From Trichoplax sp. H2 (taxonomy: Eukaryota), in NCBI GenBank assembly GCA_003344405.1, contig NOWV01000186.1, forward strand, positions 1 through 64,000: a DNA stretch of 64,000 nucleotides. Direction: 5' to 3'. Shown piece after piece: positions 1-14,115 of this stretch (the stretch's first letter is position 1; each line of letters starts with the position of its first letter). A program made the position numbers and the translations under genes. The notes beneath the pieces are model-generated. The model ran no database searches and was not told the DNA's origin. It was given only the letters and a program-made list of their open reading frames with translations.

Positions 1-41
1 TGTACAAATTAAAAATCACATTTCTTCTTTTTTTATGGTAG

Positions 42-676
42 ACTTCAGCCAATCGCCCTTGCTCTACCCAGAGCTATTGATAGTGATCTTGTACTTAGCG
101 GATATAAAGTACCAGCCAAGGTATATTCCTTTATAAAATAAGGAAAACCCTTTAATGTATAATTTACAAGATTTATTTTCTATACGTTGATTTTTATTTA
201 GGATTTTTACTAATGCAACATTTATTATATATAAAAATAGACTTTAGTTATGATCGCCAGTTACGTTATGGGCAGAGACGAGTCAGTTTTTCCCAATCCA
301 AGCCAGTACATGCCGGAAAGATGGCTAAGAGGCAGCGATCGCCAAGGATACAATAGCGATAGCCGATTTCAATATTTACCATTTGGTTTTGGTCCACGTA
401 TGTGTATTGGAAAACGCGTAGCAGAGATGGAAATACATACTTTGTTATTAAAGGTTAGCTACTTCAAACTTGATCTATTCTCTCAAGTATACAAATAATG
501 TATTGTATAACAGTAATGATTTGATGATAATTAAAGAACATTATTAATTCTATACAATGCAGCTAATTTTGGAACATGAAATAAAAACCATGAATTCTAC
601 CGAAAATACTCTAGTTAACAGGCTCATCATGGCCGCCAAGGATAAGATGATAATAGCACTTAATGATTTAAAGTAG
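42..676 (+). CDS. Mitochondrial-clan cytochrome P450, copy A (last 3 exons; 5' part lies outside the window)
   Basis: Exons 42-120, 241-453 and 563-676 with GT-AG introns. They encode LVLSGYKVPAK, PERW and the heme signature PFGFGPRMCIG, ending at TAG 674-676. Exon sizes (79/213/114 nt) match copies B and C. Confidence 0.93.
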
Positions 677-1049
677 GTATTATGCTATGCTTGTTTTTAT
701 GATATATGTTAAATACTCGTACTCAGTACTTGACAAGATTTCATCTTCTCGGATATTTTAATAGTAAAATTTAATACAATACTACTACATTTCAATGAAT
801 ATTTTTGGAAGGCTAAGATAAACGTAAAAATAAACTAGCGAGTAGATTAATGCTTAAATATTGTAGTGCCTTTCAAAGAGCAAATGTTATCAACTGCAGC
901 TTACATTCATTAAATTCGGCTAATACTAGACCTGAAGCTTTTCCAATCTAAATTGTTTATCAAAATGAATAAATGATACCGATATTCCCAGCTATCGACT
1001 TAGAGTATTTCTAATGACGATACTGACATGCATTCCAGAATCTACAGTA

Positions 1050-1250
1050 TAAATACCCGTATATTGTACAAGAGCAGATATAGAATACACCATATTTGGA
1101 GCAGAGATCTGCAACTTGTCATTTGTTGTCTGGTTTGGAATATGAATTCAGAGTAACATGAGGAAAGAGAATCTACTGTAAAAGATTATCTTGACATTCT
1201 ATGAATATGATAACTGTAATAAATATGGGTTATAGTCGAGTGAAACATAC
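1050..1250 (+). pseudogene. Possible decayed fibronectin type III (FN3) coding fragment
   Basis: 1132-1158 reads GLEYEFRVT and ~1197-1229 reads FYEYDNCNKYG in another frame. Both resemble the FN3 F/G-strand motif (YEFRV.A.N..G), but stops and frameshifts interrupt them. Confidence 0.25.
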
Positions 1251-2474
1251 TAGAGTAACTATAGTCGCGATAGAACTAGAGCTAGAACTTTTAACATCAG
1301 ATTTGAAGCAAGACTTGCAAGAGAAATTTCCCTTAAGAAATCGCTGGTAGAGTAATCATAGTAAAACATTGTATACTAAGGATTTCAATGGACTACTTTT
1401 GAAAATATCGATTACGGAATTGGGAGTGGACGAGAACCTGAGAAATTGGAAAACCTACGATAGCATGGTATACCATTGCAGCCATACTGAAGTCACCAGC
1501 GAAATAGTCGATCTACGTATTTTCAGCTGACTAATTCAATCACTTACCGGTTTAGGGGATAGTATTTGTTCAGAGCTGTACTGCCTACTGTATTCTACCG
1601 GTATAGAAAAGCCTTCCGTTTTTATATTCGTATTTTATTTATTTATTAATGATCATCATTGTAGCAATTACTGTTCCATGAATAAGAAAGAATACTCGAG
1701 GTAGAGCTTATGTCAGCAATAGCTGGAGGTTCTGCAATGTTGTGTTTACATAAATGTACAAGTTTGATTATCTTAACAAATTCGTGGATAACTAATACAT
1801 GAGAATTTTATAGATATTTCTTAACTACTGTTTAGGTTACTCTAGATTACCGAGAGTAAACCATATTATAACTGCCAGCCTACTGACATAGACACGTATC
1901 TTTGTTGGAAAGGAAGCAGTAGAAAGATCAAACATAGATTACTACTATTTATCTATCGATTATTTCAGCAAGGCAATAGATCACTCACATCATTCTAGTT
2001 AACAACATGTACCAATCTATCGCGATTGTTTATTTTAGAATAAAGATAGACATACGAGTAAGCCAACGGCTACCATCCTCGATCTACAGCACAGTATTGT
2101 ATGTGGGCTGATCCATGTTAATAAGCACAAAGAACTTTGCCATCCATTAGCCTATTAATGCAATCGACTAAAAATGCATCGATCGATCGTTAGGCCAGCT
2201 TGAAAAGCTGTCAATATTATCCCTATCGAGTTGCATTCTACTTGCATACGATAGGCATTTCTTATCCACAATATCCTCAACTAAAAGGCGCTTGTTTAGC
2301 CGTTTGTTTATTCTAATTTCTCCAAACTATGGTTTAGCCTTGCCTTGTTTCCCAGTAATTCTTGTTGATTTACGCAATCGCAGTCTTATTATAAAATGGA
2401 TTTCAGAATGTAAAAAACAAGAGATGTGGATGATTGCTTTCCTATCAAGATTGCATCATCGACGTAAGCGATCC

Positions 2475-2482
2475 TATATAAA
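2475..2482 (+). promoter_or_regulatory. Candidate TATA box of CYP copy B
   Basis: TATATAAA lies ~360 bp upstream of ATG 2841 in a locally more GC-rich stretch. Positional evidence only. Confidence 0.3.
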
Positions 2483-2840
2483 GGTGTGCAAATTATTGTT
2501 ACTGAGGAGTGGCTAGCTGATCGAGTCGAGTGCAGCTCAAGATACTGCATAACCCAAACACAAAATTATTACACTTCTCATCTATCAATCTTGCGGTGCT
2601 AACCGATATCCTGTAGGTCTTTTAGATACTTGATGAACGTCATTTTAAAAGAAAGCATAAATCATGGCCTCCCACTAATCTTAAATTAATCGTTTATACT
2701 GTACAAATTACTATTGTCTAGTATCAAGAGTAATTGATAAAAGAGCTTTAAAAATATTTTCTACTAGTTTATCAATTGACGACTGAATTGATTGTCGAGC
2801 TTTGGCTGCCCTTTGAAATTGGAAACTACCTGCATAAATC

Positions 2841-5822
2841 ATGGCATACGCTATAACCGTTTTGAAGCATCATCGAGTGATTGCAGCATGCAATCCAAGT
2901 AGCTCATTACCATTTTTATCGCTGAGATATTCCACCACCAATGCTAATCCAGTAGAAGATCACGTAGAAATGGCCAATGCAAAGCCTATGGATCAGATTC
3001 CTGGACCCAAAGGATTACCAATCATTGGTACACTGCTAGAGTACGCTAAAAATGATGGCTGGGGATTCAAAAATTTATTTACCATGACCGAGAGGAGAAA
3101 GCAGAAATACGGCCCAATCTATAAGGAAAAAATGGGAAATTTTACAATTATCGTTGTCTCCGACGCTGATGATGCACAAAAAGTCCTACGTGCAGAAGGT
3201 AAATATCCAAATAGGAGTCCAATCGTGCCATTGATCGAGTACAGAAAGAAACGCAACTTACCCATGGGCGTCATGCTTTCGTAAGTAGTCTTAACCGATA
3301 TTCTTCACTGCGATACTACTAAGAAGATTTTAAGAGCCTCAACACTTTACTTTAATGATCAGTATTACTCTATTAAAGTAACTCAATAATGACAAAATGC
3401 TTACCAGTTCTTCACATTTGCTGCTAACACCCAATACAGTAATGTAAATAGAAACGGTTTAACATCTATGCATTGCCACATAGAATTCAGCTTTAATTTT
3501 ATGTTAATCGTAGTGTATAGGCATGAAATCGCCACCATTTTGCACAACCATCTAAGGTTACATCAGAATAGTTACCTTTGCTAAATGTAGCTCCAATCAT
3601 CTATTTTTAATCAATATCAACATCTGCGTCTTCATAGCTAGCCAACTTGAATAACACCACTTTACCTATAATATACAATTTAGCAAAGATGAAGAGTGGA
3701 AAAAATTTCGCACTGTGATGGATAAGAAAATGATGAGACCACACGAAGTCTCATGCTATGCTGATAGAATCAACGATGTCGGTGATGATCTCCTACAACG
3801 TCTTAAGCGTTGCCGCAGAGATGATGGAATTATACCTGATATCGAGAAAGAAGTTACTAAATATGCAGCAGAGTGTAAGTAATATTAATTGCGAATGACA
3901 ACAGCGATAACTATCATTATCTAATCTTATCAAGCAACCGTTATATAAAATGATAGGAAAAGAAATAGTAGATGTAAATTAATAGAAGAATTTTAACCTC
4001 CTGTACTAATTTTAATTGTAACTATGCAAACAGCCATTGCAACGGTCTTATTCGAAAAACGTCTGGGAATGTTCAACGAGCCAATCGATCCTAAAGTTGA
4101 AGATTTCTACGAGTCTATCACTAAACTTTTGCTAGCTACCAACGAATTAACGGCCGTTCCCCCTTTTATCTTCAAGTATATCTTTACTAAGAATTGGAAA
4201 AAACTTGTTAAATGGTCAGATAAAGCTTTTCAATTTGCTGATGATATCGTAGAGGAGAAAAGGAAAGGACTTGAAAAGAAGATAGCAAGTGCTGATGACA
4301 TAACTCGATCAGGCGATAGAATTGATTTCCTTAGTTATGTTATAGCTACGGGTAAATTAAATCGAAGTGAGGCAAACGTGGCCATGATAGAGTTACTCTT
4401 TGCTGGAATGGACACGGTAAGGCATAGTAAAATAAATGATATACGCATATGTGTTAAATGTTTTAAACAGTAATTAAACGAAGGTACTTTTTAATGCCAC
4501 AATATGTAGAGTTTACGATAATTATAAAGCATATAAGCTAATAAATCGAAAAAAATCAACCCAAAAAGCACCTACATAAGTAGTGTGTTATATCAGTCAC
4601 ACAATATCTGGCTTATATATTCTTATAAGACACCTTGTCAGTATTGAAATTTTTTATGACTCATAGAACATTCTTTTACCAAGAAAACTATTAAATCGAT
4701 GTTAAATCAATCAATCTCCATTCTAATAGACCCTAGTTATAATTATGACTGAAACGTGTTTATCCTTTAGGCAACCTCAACGATTTTGTGGACCCTGTAC
4801 AATCTCGGTAAAAACCCTCAAGTCCAAGATAAATTAAGGAATGAAGTTCGTAGCGTTATGAAAGATTGTAGAGAACCAGATGCAAACTTGTTAGAGAAGA
4901 TGCCATACTTGCGTTCATGCGTGAGGGAAACTTTGAGGTTAGTATTTACTAAACAGAGCAAATGTAATTCAATATCTTACAGATGTAATAGAACTACCAC
5001 AATTGCTGAATTTGATGCTAGATTTAAATCAGCGATAGAACACATTTAAATTACAGTGATCTAAATTTTGATATGGTAAATTAAAATTTTTTAAAATGAA
5101 CTTAATAAGAATTATTATTAAATTATTACAGACTTCAGCCAATCGTTTTCGCTTTACCAAGAATTACTGATAGAGATCTTGTACTAAGCGGATATAAAGT
5201 ACCTGCCCAGGTATAACTGATCCTAAATCGATATTCATTAACTGATTTTTGATAGGATTAGAAAAATAGGCAAAGTATCCTATATTCGAATACTGTACAT
5301 GTGTCCAGCCTTCGAAATCTTAGCTACGCAATAGTTTTCGTGTGATACCGGTACTTGTGGATTTACCTCAATTTGTTTACTTCAAATAGAGTTTTGTCTT
5401 GATTGGAAGCTATATTATGGGCAGAGATGAATCAGTTTTCACTAATCCGCAGCAGTACATGCCAGAGCGATGGCTAAGAGGCAGCGATCGCCAAGGATAT
5501 CAAAGCGAGAGTCGGTTTCAATATTTACCATTTGGCTTTGGTCCGCGAATGTGTCTTGGAAAACGTGTAGCAGAAATGGAAATACAAAGTTTAATGGCAA
5601 AGGTTAGTGCTTATGTTTCGAGATCAGTTATAAAGTACAGTACTTCAACTAGAAAATTTCCACTTTACTTGAGGTAATCCTAATCTGACCAATTTTAAAA
5701 TAACTCAGTTAATTTTAGACTATGAAATAAAAACGATGAATCCCGCCGAAAACACTCCTGTTAATAGGTTGCTCATGGCTCCCAAGGATAAGATGCAAAT
5801 AGCTTTACATGATTTAGTATAA
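2841..5822 (+). CDS. Mitochondrial-clan cytochrome P450, copy B (7 exons, 528 aa)
   Basis: Exons 2841-3280, 3684-3874, 4034-4416, 4771-4937, 5132-5210, 5390-5602 and 5709-5822 splice GT-AG in frame (1587 nt). Presequence-like N-terminus without a membrane anchor, IPGPKGLPIIG, YGPIYKEK, EGKYPNR, I-helix AGMDT, ETLR, PERW, PFGFGPRMCLG. Confidence 0.95.
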
Positions 5823-6574
5823 GCTAATTAGTCTATCCTACGAATTCGATTATAGTATTGGACATGTAAGAAATGCTTTGAATATCTGATATAGTAAAAA
5901 ATAATATCCTTTTCCTTCTTTCATATACAATTAGCGCTCAGATAAATTGGAGAGTAAAATATCTTCAAAATAATAATGCTCAAAAGCTGATAATTTCCAA
6001 AAGTGCAAAAGCAGCTGGTTCTACTGTACTGGTTATAGATTGGTTCTATTAGATAGAGAATTTAAAAATAAGCTAATAAACTATCAAAATTATATCCTAA
6101 AGTGCATTTATATTTTAAATTAGGATAGCAAATAAAATGATGAAAATAATTAATATCTGCATTTGGTTTAATCTATATTAATTTATTGTCTTCCTGTGCC
6201 GGAAGTCTATTACAAAATTTCAGAGTTCCAAATCGTGATTGAACAATTTCATAGGTATTTATATTTGAACTATATTATTCGATTCAAGATCTTTCAAACC
6301 CTAACTTAGATCCTATTTTCCACTAGAACGATAAGCGTAAGAGTAAATGATAACTTAGATTAAGCTGATCCTGCGATTTGATATTGCATGAAAAGCGTAC
6401 GGTATAAAAACCGTAAACCGGTAGTCACATACTTATCCTCCAAGTATATATTACCTAGATAAAAGCTTTAGACTTTCAACTACTGTCACAACAGAAGACT
6501 CTCACCTTATTCTCACTCATTTGCACTATGTAAATAAATAAATATTAATTTTGCAATTTGTGGATCACTGTATT

Positions 6575-6825
6575 TCCGCTGTGATCAATGCCCGAATAAA
6601 TGATTCATTTATACGAATTTTCTATAACTTTCCATAGTGATCAATCCTGAGCTGGACTACTACCCAAATATATATTTCAATTTTTATGAATAATTTCTCG
6701 TTATCGTCAACCTCAAACTTGGCTAATGCCCAATAAATATTTCAGTCTTCTAAATTTACCGCGATCATTCGTTAAACTCAGTCCTGAACGTTAGCAATGC
6801 TTGGATAAATATTTCAATCTCAAGC
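6575..6825. repeat. Degenerate ~70-bp tandem repeat, about 4 units
   Basis: Variants of AATGCCC(G)AATAAATATTTCA recur near 6587, 6660, 6725 and 6798. Confidence 0.45.
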
Positions 6826-7504
6826 ATGTTTACATTCATTTCTATCATCATAAGCCGTAAAATGAAAGCGAATTAAATAATTCAGCTATTGCAAAAGAGT
6901 ACTTAAGATGTTAACAAAACTTCTGATATTACTCATAAATTTATACTACTTCGATAGCCTGATATGAGTTAAAAGGTATACGTGGCTAGTTTTGTATTAC
7001 TTTAAGTACCTTGAACATTGTTTGTCTACAGCTAGCTGGAGACTGTTATGTCTCCCGTTTGGACAGAATGAGGTAATAAATCCTATTGCACAACTACATT
7101 AATGAATCGAATGATACAAGCTTCTAAAGGTTCCTTAGCCTAAAGGATGTCTCGTAGCGACGACGTACTACGCTAAGCATATTTACTTAGCTTAGTCCCG
7201 TAATTAAATCAAGATATATCTATCATATACTATACAACCAGTCTTTATTGCAGTTTACATTGTTACAGTATTAAATCATATGGAGCTTATTTATCTGTTG
7301 TACCATGAAATTGAGGTCAGATTTGACACAAACTCAGGGTCAAATAGAATTTTTCAGTAGCAACATTGATAAATTTTCAAAATTTTTCATTACTTCGCAA
7401 AAATAATCGATAGAACGACTTCTACTTTTCTCGATCAAACTAGTTAGTGGGCACAATAAACAAGGTAGGAAGCAACTTCTAAGATTAAACATTACTTAAG
7501 AAAT

Positions 7505-8160
7505 TTATAAGCTATACATTTACAAGCCATAGTCGAAATTAGACTTCACGGTAGAAAATTTGTTTGCTATACATTTTATATACTTTCGCCAAGCAATTAT
7601 TGAAATTACCGAAGAAATTTGCATGCTATATACCCCTTTATATACTTTAGCCAAGGCAATTGTTAAAATTACTGAAGAAATTTGTTTGCTATATGCATCT
7701 TTATATACTTTAGCCAATGCGATTGTTGAAATTGCTGAAGAAATTTGTATGCCATGTTCATCTTTATATGCCGTATTTTAGCCAAAGCAATTGCTGAAAT
7801 TCGATTTCGCTGAAGAAGCTTGTATGCTATACATTTTATATACTTTAACCGATGTAATTATTAAACTACGAAAGAGGTTTATATGATCTACACATTCATC
7901 TATATTTACGTCCTTTAGCCAATGCAATTGTTGAAAACTTGAAATTAGACATTTGCACCATAGCTTTGTACTATAGCTGTTCCGTCCTGTGCATGTCCGT
8001 CTAGAACAATTTGCTGAAATTAGACATTACTAAAGAAGTCTGTATGCTATACATCTTTGTATACTTTAGCCAGAAAAACTGTTGAAATTAGACATTACTG
8101 GAGAAATTTGTGCGCTATACATCTTGATACACTTTCGTCAGAGCAATTTTTGAAAGGCAT
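7505..8160. repeat. ~60-65-bp minisatellite (about 9-10 degenerate units) directly upstream of CYP copy C
   Basis: Recurring unit close to TATACTTTAGCCAAGGCAATTGTTGAAATTACTGAAGAAATTTGTATGCTATACATCT. It explains the repetitive ORFs 7520-7717 and 7560-7781. Confidence 0.9.
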
Positions 8161-8328
8161 GATCAATTGTTAGCTTCTAGTAATCTTTAATTTTCTATTC
8201 TACTATGTACTATTGATAAATGATCATTACCAAGACCTGTCTTAAGCGTTTCTAACGATGATATAAATGATTTGTCTGAATTGATTACAGTTTCCGTCGA
8301 GCCTAAATTGAAATCATCAATCCAAATG

Positions 8329-11300
8329 ATGTCCTATGCTACAACAATTTGGAAGCATCATCAAGTGGTTGCTGCATGTATTCCGAGAATCTCCTTACCT
8401 ATCCTATCACTGAGATATTCATCAACGAATGTAAATCCTGTTGGAAATGACTTAGAAATGGCTAATGCAAAGCCTATGGATCAGATCCCAGGGCCGAAAG
8501 GATTACCAATCATTGGTACACTGCTAGATTATGTCAGAAATGATGGCTGGGGATTTAAGAATTTATTTGCTATAACCGAAGAAAGAAGACAGCAGTATGG
8601 ACCAATTTATGAAGAGAAAATGGGACATTATTCTATTGTCTATGTTTCCACAGTGGAAGATGCAGAGAAGGTACTACGTGCGGAAGGCAAATATCCAGAT
8701 AGAAATCCTATTATACCACTAGTTGAGTACAGGAAGAAGCGCAACCTGTCCATGGGGGTTATACTTTCGTAAGTTGTTTTTGAGCGATATTTTAAATAGT
8801 TATGCGAACCAGTTTAAGTGTTTTGGATACAAATATTATTCTATTCGAGAATCATTTTAGATTACTCCATTGCTGTAGTTGGCATTTTTATACTGTACAT
8901 CATGAGCTCATTGGTGATAAAATGCCTGTTACTACTGTATAAGAAAGAATAGTGGCCAATAGTAGCCTCAACCTCTACCGTCTATGCATTGCTAACAGGA
9001 TAAAAATAATATTATGATTCTTTGATCTTATCATTTTCTGTTTTATTAATACATATGCATAAAGTGTTAAAATTGCAACGATGACATATTGCAGAATATG
9101 ACATCATAACTGAATCTACATTTATTTATGAGATAGATTCATGAACAATGTTGAATGCAATTAATATTGCCACTTTACTTTCTATCTTAATTTAGCAAAG
9201 ATGAAGAATGGAAAAAATTTCGTAGTGTTATGGATAAGAAGATGATGAGACCAAGAGAAATAGCATACTATTCTGACAGAATTAATGATCTTTCCAATGA
9301 TTTCATTCAACGCCTTAAACGACTCCGCGGAAATAATGGCATTGTACTCGATATCGAGAAAGAAATTAACAAGTATACGGCAGAATGTGAGATGATTAGT
9401 TCTTCCATTCCATATATATAATTAATCATTATAAAAATGATCTTATCTAGCATCTTATATATAAATACTACACATAAAAAAAACTATCAATAGAGCTAAA
9501 CACTATTACGCAGAATTTATTTTTATTTCTATTTCCATAATTACAGCCGTTGCAGGTATTTTGCTTGAAAAACGTCTGGGAATGTTTAAAGAGCCAATTG
9601 AGCCCAAAGTCGAAGAATTCTATCAGTCTGTTACCAAAATATTAGAAGCTACCAGCGATTTATTGACAGTTCCCGTCTTCGTTTTCAAGTATATCTTCAA
9701 TAAAAATTGGAAAAAACTGGTTAAATGGTCCGATTTGGCTTTCCAATTTGCTGACGATATTATAGAAGAGAAACGAGAGCAACTTGAAAAGAAGATAGCC
9801 AGCACGGATGACATAGCTCGATCAGGCAGTGGAGTTGATTTTCTTAGCTATGTGATCGCAACAGGCAAACTAAATCGAAGTGAAGCCAATGTGGTCATGA
9901 TAGAGTTACTCCTTACTGGAATAGACACGGTAAAACGAAATGAAATCAAAATAATGAATCACTTTAACTTGCTAAAGTACAATAATATTGTTAAATACTT
10001 TCTATTGTAATGTACCTTAATGGACGATAAGGTATTCTAAGTGCTTCCTAATTTCGAGTTTAGATTGATTTTGACTTTAGAATAAAATTGAATGGAACTC
10101 AAATACAACGATACTAGTAACCTGTTCCAGAAACAGGACATTGCTTATGGCATATACGCGTATTTCAACGAAATACCAGCATAGCATAATTTAGCTAATT
10201 TATTTGCTAACCTACAAGCAGTTCAACATCGAATAGATGAATAAATCTGGTTCTATAGCCATAATTAATTGCCTTTATATTCCCCTGGTAGTCGTTGATT
10301 TGTTATTCTATTCAACAGAACCTAGCTGTATTTATTGGAAAATTCATATCCTTACATTTTCTCTAGGGAGCCAATACTCTTTTATGGATGCTGTATGATA
10401 TCGGTAAAAATCCACGTGTGCAAAATAGATTACGCGATGAAATTAGAGGCGTTATGAAAGATTCCAAAGAACCCAATCTAGATTTATTTCAAAAGATGCC
10501 ATACTTACGTGCATGCCTGCAAGAAACATTAAGGTTAGTGTATAATCAACTAGAAAACATTAACATCCTTCATGAATAACGATAGTAAAGTATTTACATC
10601 TTCTAATATTAAAATTTATAAATTTTTATCTTCGAGTGGAGATGACAAGATAAATTTTTATTTCTTTTAATGAAGATGGTAGCAAAATCTGAGATTCTTT
10701 GCTATAAGTTAAGAACAATTTTAATCATTATAGAATTCATCCAATTTCCGTTGCCTTACCACGAATCATTAATGAAGATCTTGTACTTAGTGGATATAAA
10801 GTGCCAGCTAAGGTATATCGGTATATTCATTAGTTGAGTATATAATTAGGCAAATAGAGCAAAGTATTCTAAATTATAATATTATAAATTAATAGTGTGT
10901 CCTTTTTTACGAGTATAGCAATAATTATACTTAGTAAATTAAATAAATTTGTTATTTTCAAATAGAGTTTCGTCTGGATCGGACATTACTTTATGGCTAG
11001 AGATGAATCAGCTTTCACTAATCCAAGTCAATACATGCCAGAGCGATGGCTAAGAGGCAGTGATCGCCAAGGAAATAAAAGTGAGAGTCGATTTCAATAT
11101 TTACCATTTGGCTATGGTCCTCGAATGTGTATTGGAAAACGTATAGCAGAAATGGAAATATATACCTTAATGTCAAAGGTTAGTTCCTATCATCTATACT
11201 AAAGTTAGTCTAAATAATCTTTGACAAGACATTATTCTAGCTGAAGTTTATTCTAATCAAATCGATTTAAAATACGTAGTTAATTCTAGAATGCGAAATA

Positions 11301-11393
11301 GAAACAAAGAATTCATCCGAAAATACTCCTATAAACAGAATGATTCTGGTTCCCAGGGATAAAATGCAGATAGCCTTTCATAATTTAGTGTAA
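8329..11393 (+). CDS. Mitochondrial-clan cytochrome P450, copy C (7 exons, ~528 aa)
   Basis: Exons 8329 (or 8326)-8768, 9196-9386, 9547-9929, 10367-10533, 10734-10812, 10966-11178 and 11280-11393, with the same lengths and phases as copy B. I-helix TGIDT, ETLR, PERW, PFGYGPRMCIG. Confidence 0.95.
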
Positions 11394-14115
11394 GAGCTAC
11401 GATAGCGATTAATATGTCACATGAATAGAAACTGTAGATATCCAAGTAATGTTTGTATAATACTAGATACTACAATAGGTTGCTTTTCCTAACTTTTGTT
11501 CAATAGCTGGTTGAATACGAAAGCAATAACTAAAGAAATAATAATGCTTGGAAAATTGCTATATCGTATTGATAAAATTAATTTCTTAACTATTGGTCAT
11601 AGATTAGGAAAGAGAATAGCTTAAGAGTTAACGAAGCACAAGAGCTGTTACATTTCTATAAGATCTCTGTAACTATAAATTAGTTAAATATAAATTAATT
11701 GTATTACACAATGAAATTATGAAGAAGCCAAAAGTTGATAATATTTATACAATTTATACTATTTAATCGTCCGTTATCAAAAGTATATTGCAAAATTTCG
11801 AAGGTAAAATTTATTAAATTAAAGCTTTCTACAGATAGTCTTTTCTTGATTTTATCATGATTACTCCATTAAAATCTGACTCTATATCCAATATTTCTAA
11901 TCAAGATCATGCCTATACAAGAATTAACGGAAAATATATCGGATAATCATTATCCTAATATAGTTAAGGAATACAATAAATCACAGTTCCTGTAGATTAA
12001 TGCATGAAATCTGCGTCTACAATTAAGGAAGATTAAGTTAAGGCATAGTCCACCAAACCTTGTGAAGTACTTAACAATCCATGGTTAAGGGAAATAAAGA
12101 CCATAATTATTGTACTGCAATTAGTCTATTATTACCTGGTTCTTAACATAACATTTTCGAATATAATTAGAGACCTCCAAGCAAGATAAAAAGTAATGTA
12201 AAGAACCTGAATTAATCCAAATTTAATATTTTGGGTAGGATAAGATATGCAATATTACAATATTGTTGATATTTATGATCTTCAATCGCATTTACTGCCA
12301 GTTTTAATCCTTTACACGTATATATTTGTAAGTGCCCTAAAAATAATGATATTACTGAAGCCGTATCAAGTAGCTATAGATCTTTATTACATATACGTAA
12401 TTGATTAAAAAAATTTATTACCTACTACTAGGCAACATATCGTATTAAAAGTCAATGATCATACTAGACTATTTTTGCTCTCTCGAGAATACCTTTTCTT
12501 TCACTAATTATTAAAAATTTTCTGAATCCGTGCAGTATTCAAGTAGCCCTAAGGTTTATTAGCTAGAATAGATGATGTCATAGCTGTTCATAAGCCCACT
12601 GTATGCTATGATGTCACGAATAATTATATAATTTATGGCAACATAGTAAAGAAAATTTTTAATTTGATTGTTGTATTCGCTTTTCAATTAATTATTAATT
12701 AACTACTAATTAAAATCAACAAGGTTATTAAACAGTCCAGTGAATTAATCGACATTGCAAGCTAAAAAAATTACATTGTGTTAATATATCACGGCCATAC
12801 CTTGTATTAGCCAATACTAAATGCCTAATCCATATCAATTGGTAATTATTCTATCTAATATGATTTAATATAAATATATTATTTACTGAAGCTGATTCAT
12901 AGTGTAATGACATGTCTAAGCAAGATGAAGATCTGACTATAGTTTTTTCAAAATTGGAATGTGCTGTTGCTATTTAATATTAAGATTGCATCAAAGTAAA
13001 ATTAATTAAATACCTATTTATGTGTTAAATCACATATATGTGAGAATCATATTTACTAATGCTTACTTCATCCCTAGGCAATAAATGATCTTAATAAATG
13101 CATTAATCATCTTATACTAGTTATATGCTGTTATCTACTCTGAACAGTTAGGTATTGATCTTTTTAAGCGTGCCATATATTTGATCTAACTACTAATAAA
13201 GTTTGAAATCCCCAAATTTCGAATACAAATTAATCTATTTCGTATTGCATTTAAATAGATATTTATGATTGAGTTTAGCGGTGTGACACTCTTGCGTATC
13301 CTAGTAGGGCAGAAACCATGACTTAAATTTTCATAGCCAAACATATCTATTTACTTTATGAGTAATTATCAACACAAAAAATGACTACATCTGACAAATC
13401 AAAAGGAAATCTCTTGCTAAGTGTTAAAACAATCTATTTACTTAGTAAATACCGTGTTTTTAACGCTCTAAAGGATATACAAATAAGTAGAAGCTTATGA
13501 TTACCTAGATCGAATCATAAGCTTTCACAACTTTAATTGGTTAACAGATTTTTAAAATGGTTATAAAATTGTTTCCTCTTTTTATTAAATGATAGAAGTC
13601 GCTGATGAAGCAAAGGATAAATTCCAGTGAATTTCGATACACGACCAGCGCTCTATTACCGAATGAGCGAAGAGCTAATTTTTATTCGAAACCTGAATAG
13701 GCTTTCCTAAGTATTGAATACGCTCAAATAGTAATACAGTACATTCAATACAGCGATTAGAAAGTGCATCAAATTTGCGATAGTAATCAAGAATGTTGAT
13801 AATAACCGAAATTCACGATAATTGATCACAAGTAGCGCGAACACAGCTTTAAAATCTTTTTCTGGTTGATTTTGTAAATATTATATCCATCAAAGGTATC
13901 AATTTTGTAATTAGATCAGGCTTAGGATTTTTAATAAAATAATATTGCTAAAAATAACTTAATATTAACAAGCAGCCAAATAAGCAGAATTAAAGCGCTG
14001 CACCAGTATAAAATAAATTTTATTTTATTCATTTACTAGCTAATTGCTCTATATCACAGTCATTCATTTTCTTAACACAAGCCATTTCGCTACTAGCTTC
14101 CATCAGCATTTACCA

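Noticed and set aside
7520-7781. Overlapping short ORFs on both strands
   Set aside because: They are translations of the ~62-bp minisatellite.
8272-8328. N-terminal extension of CYP copy C in the ORF track
   Set aside because: It starts at TTG. Alignment with copy B puts the start at ATG 8326 or 8329.
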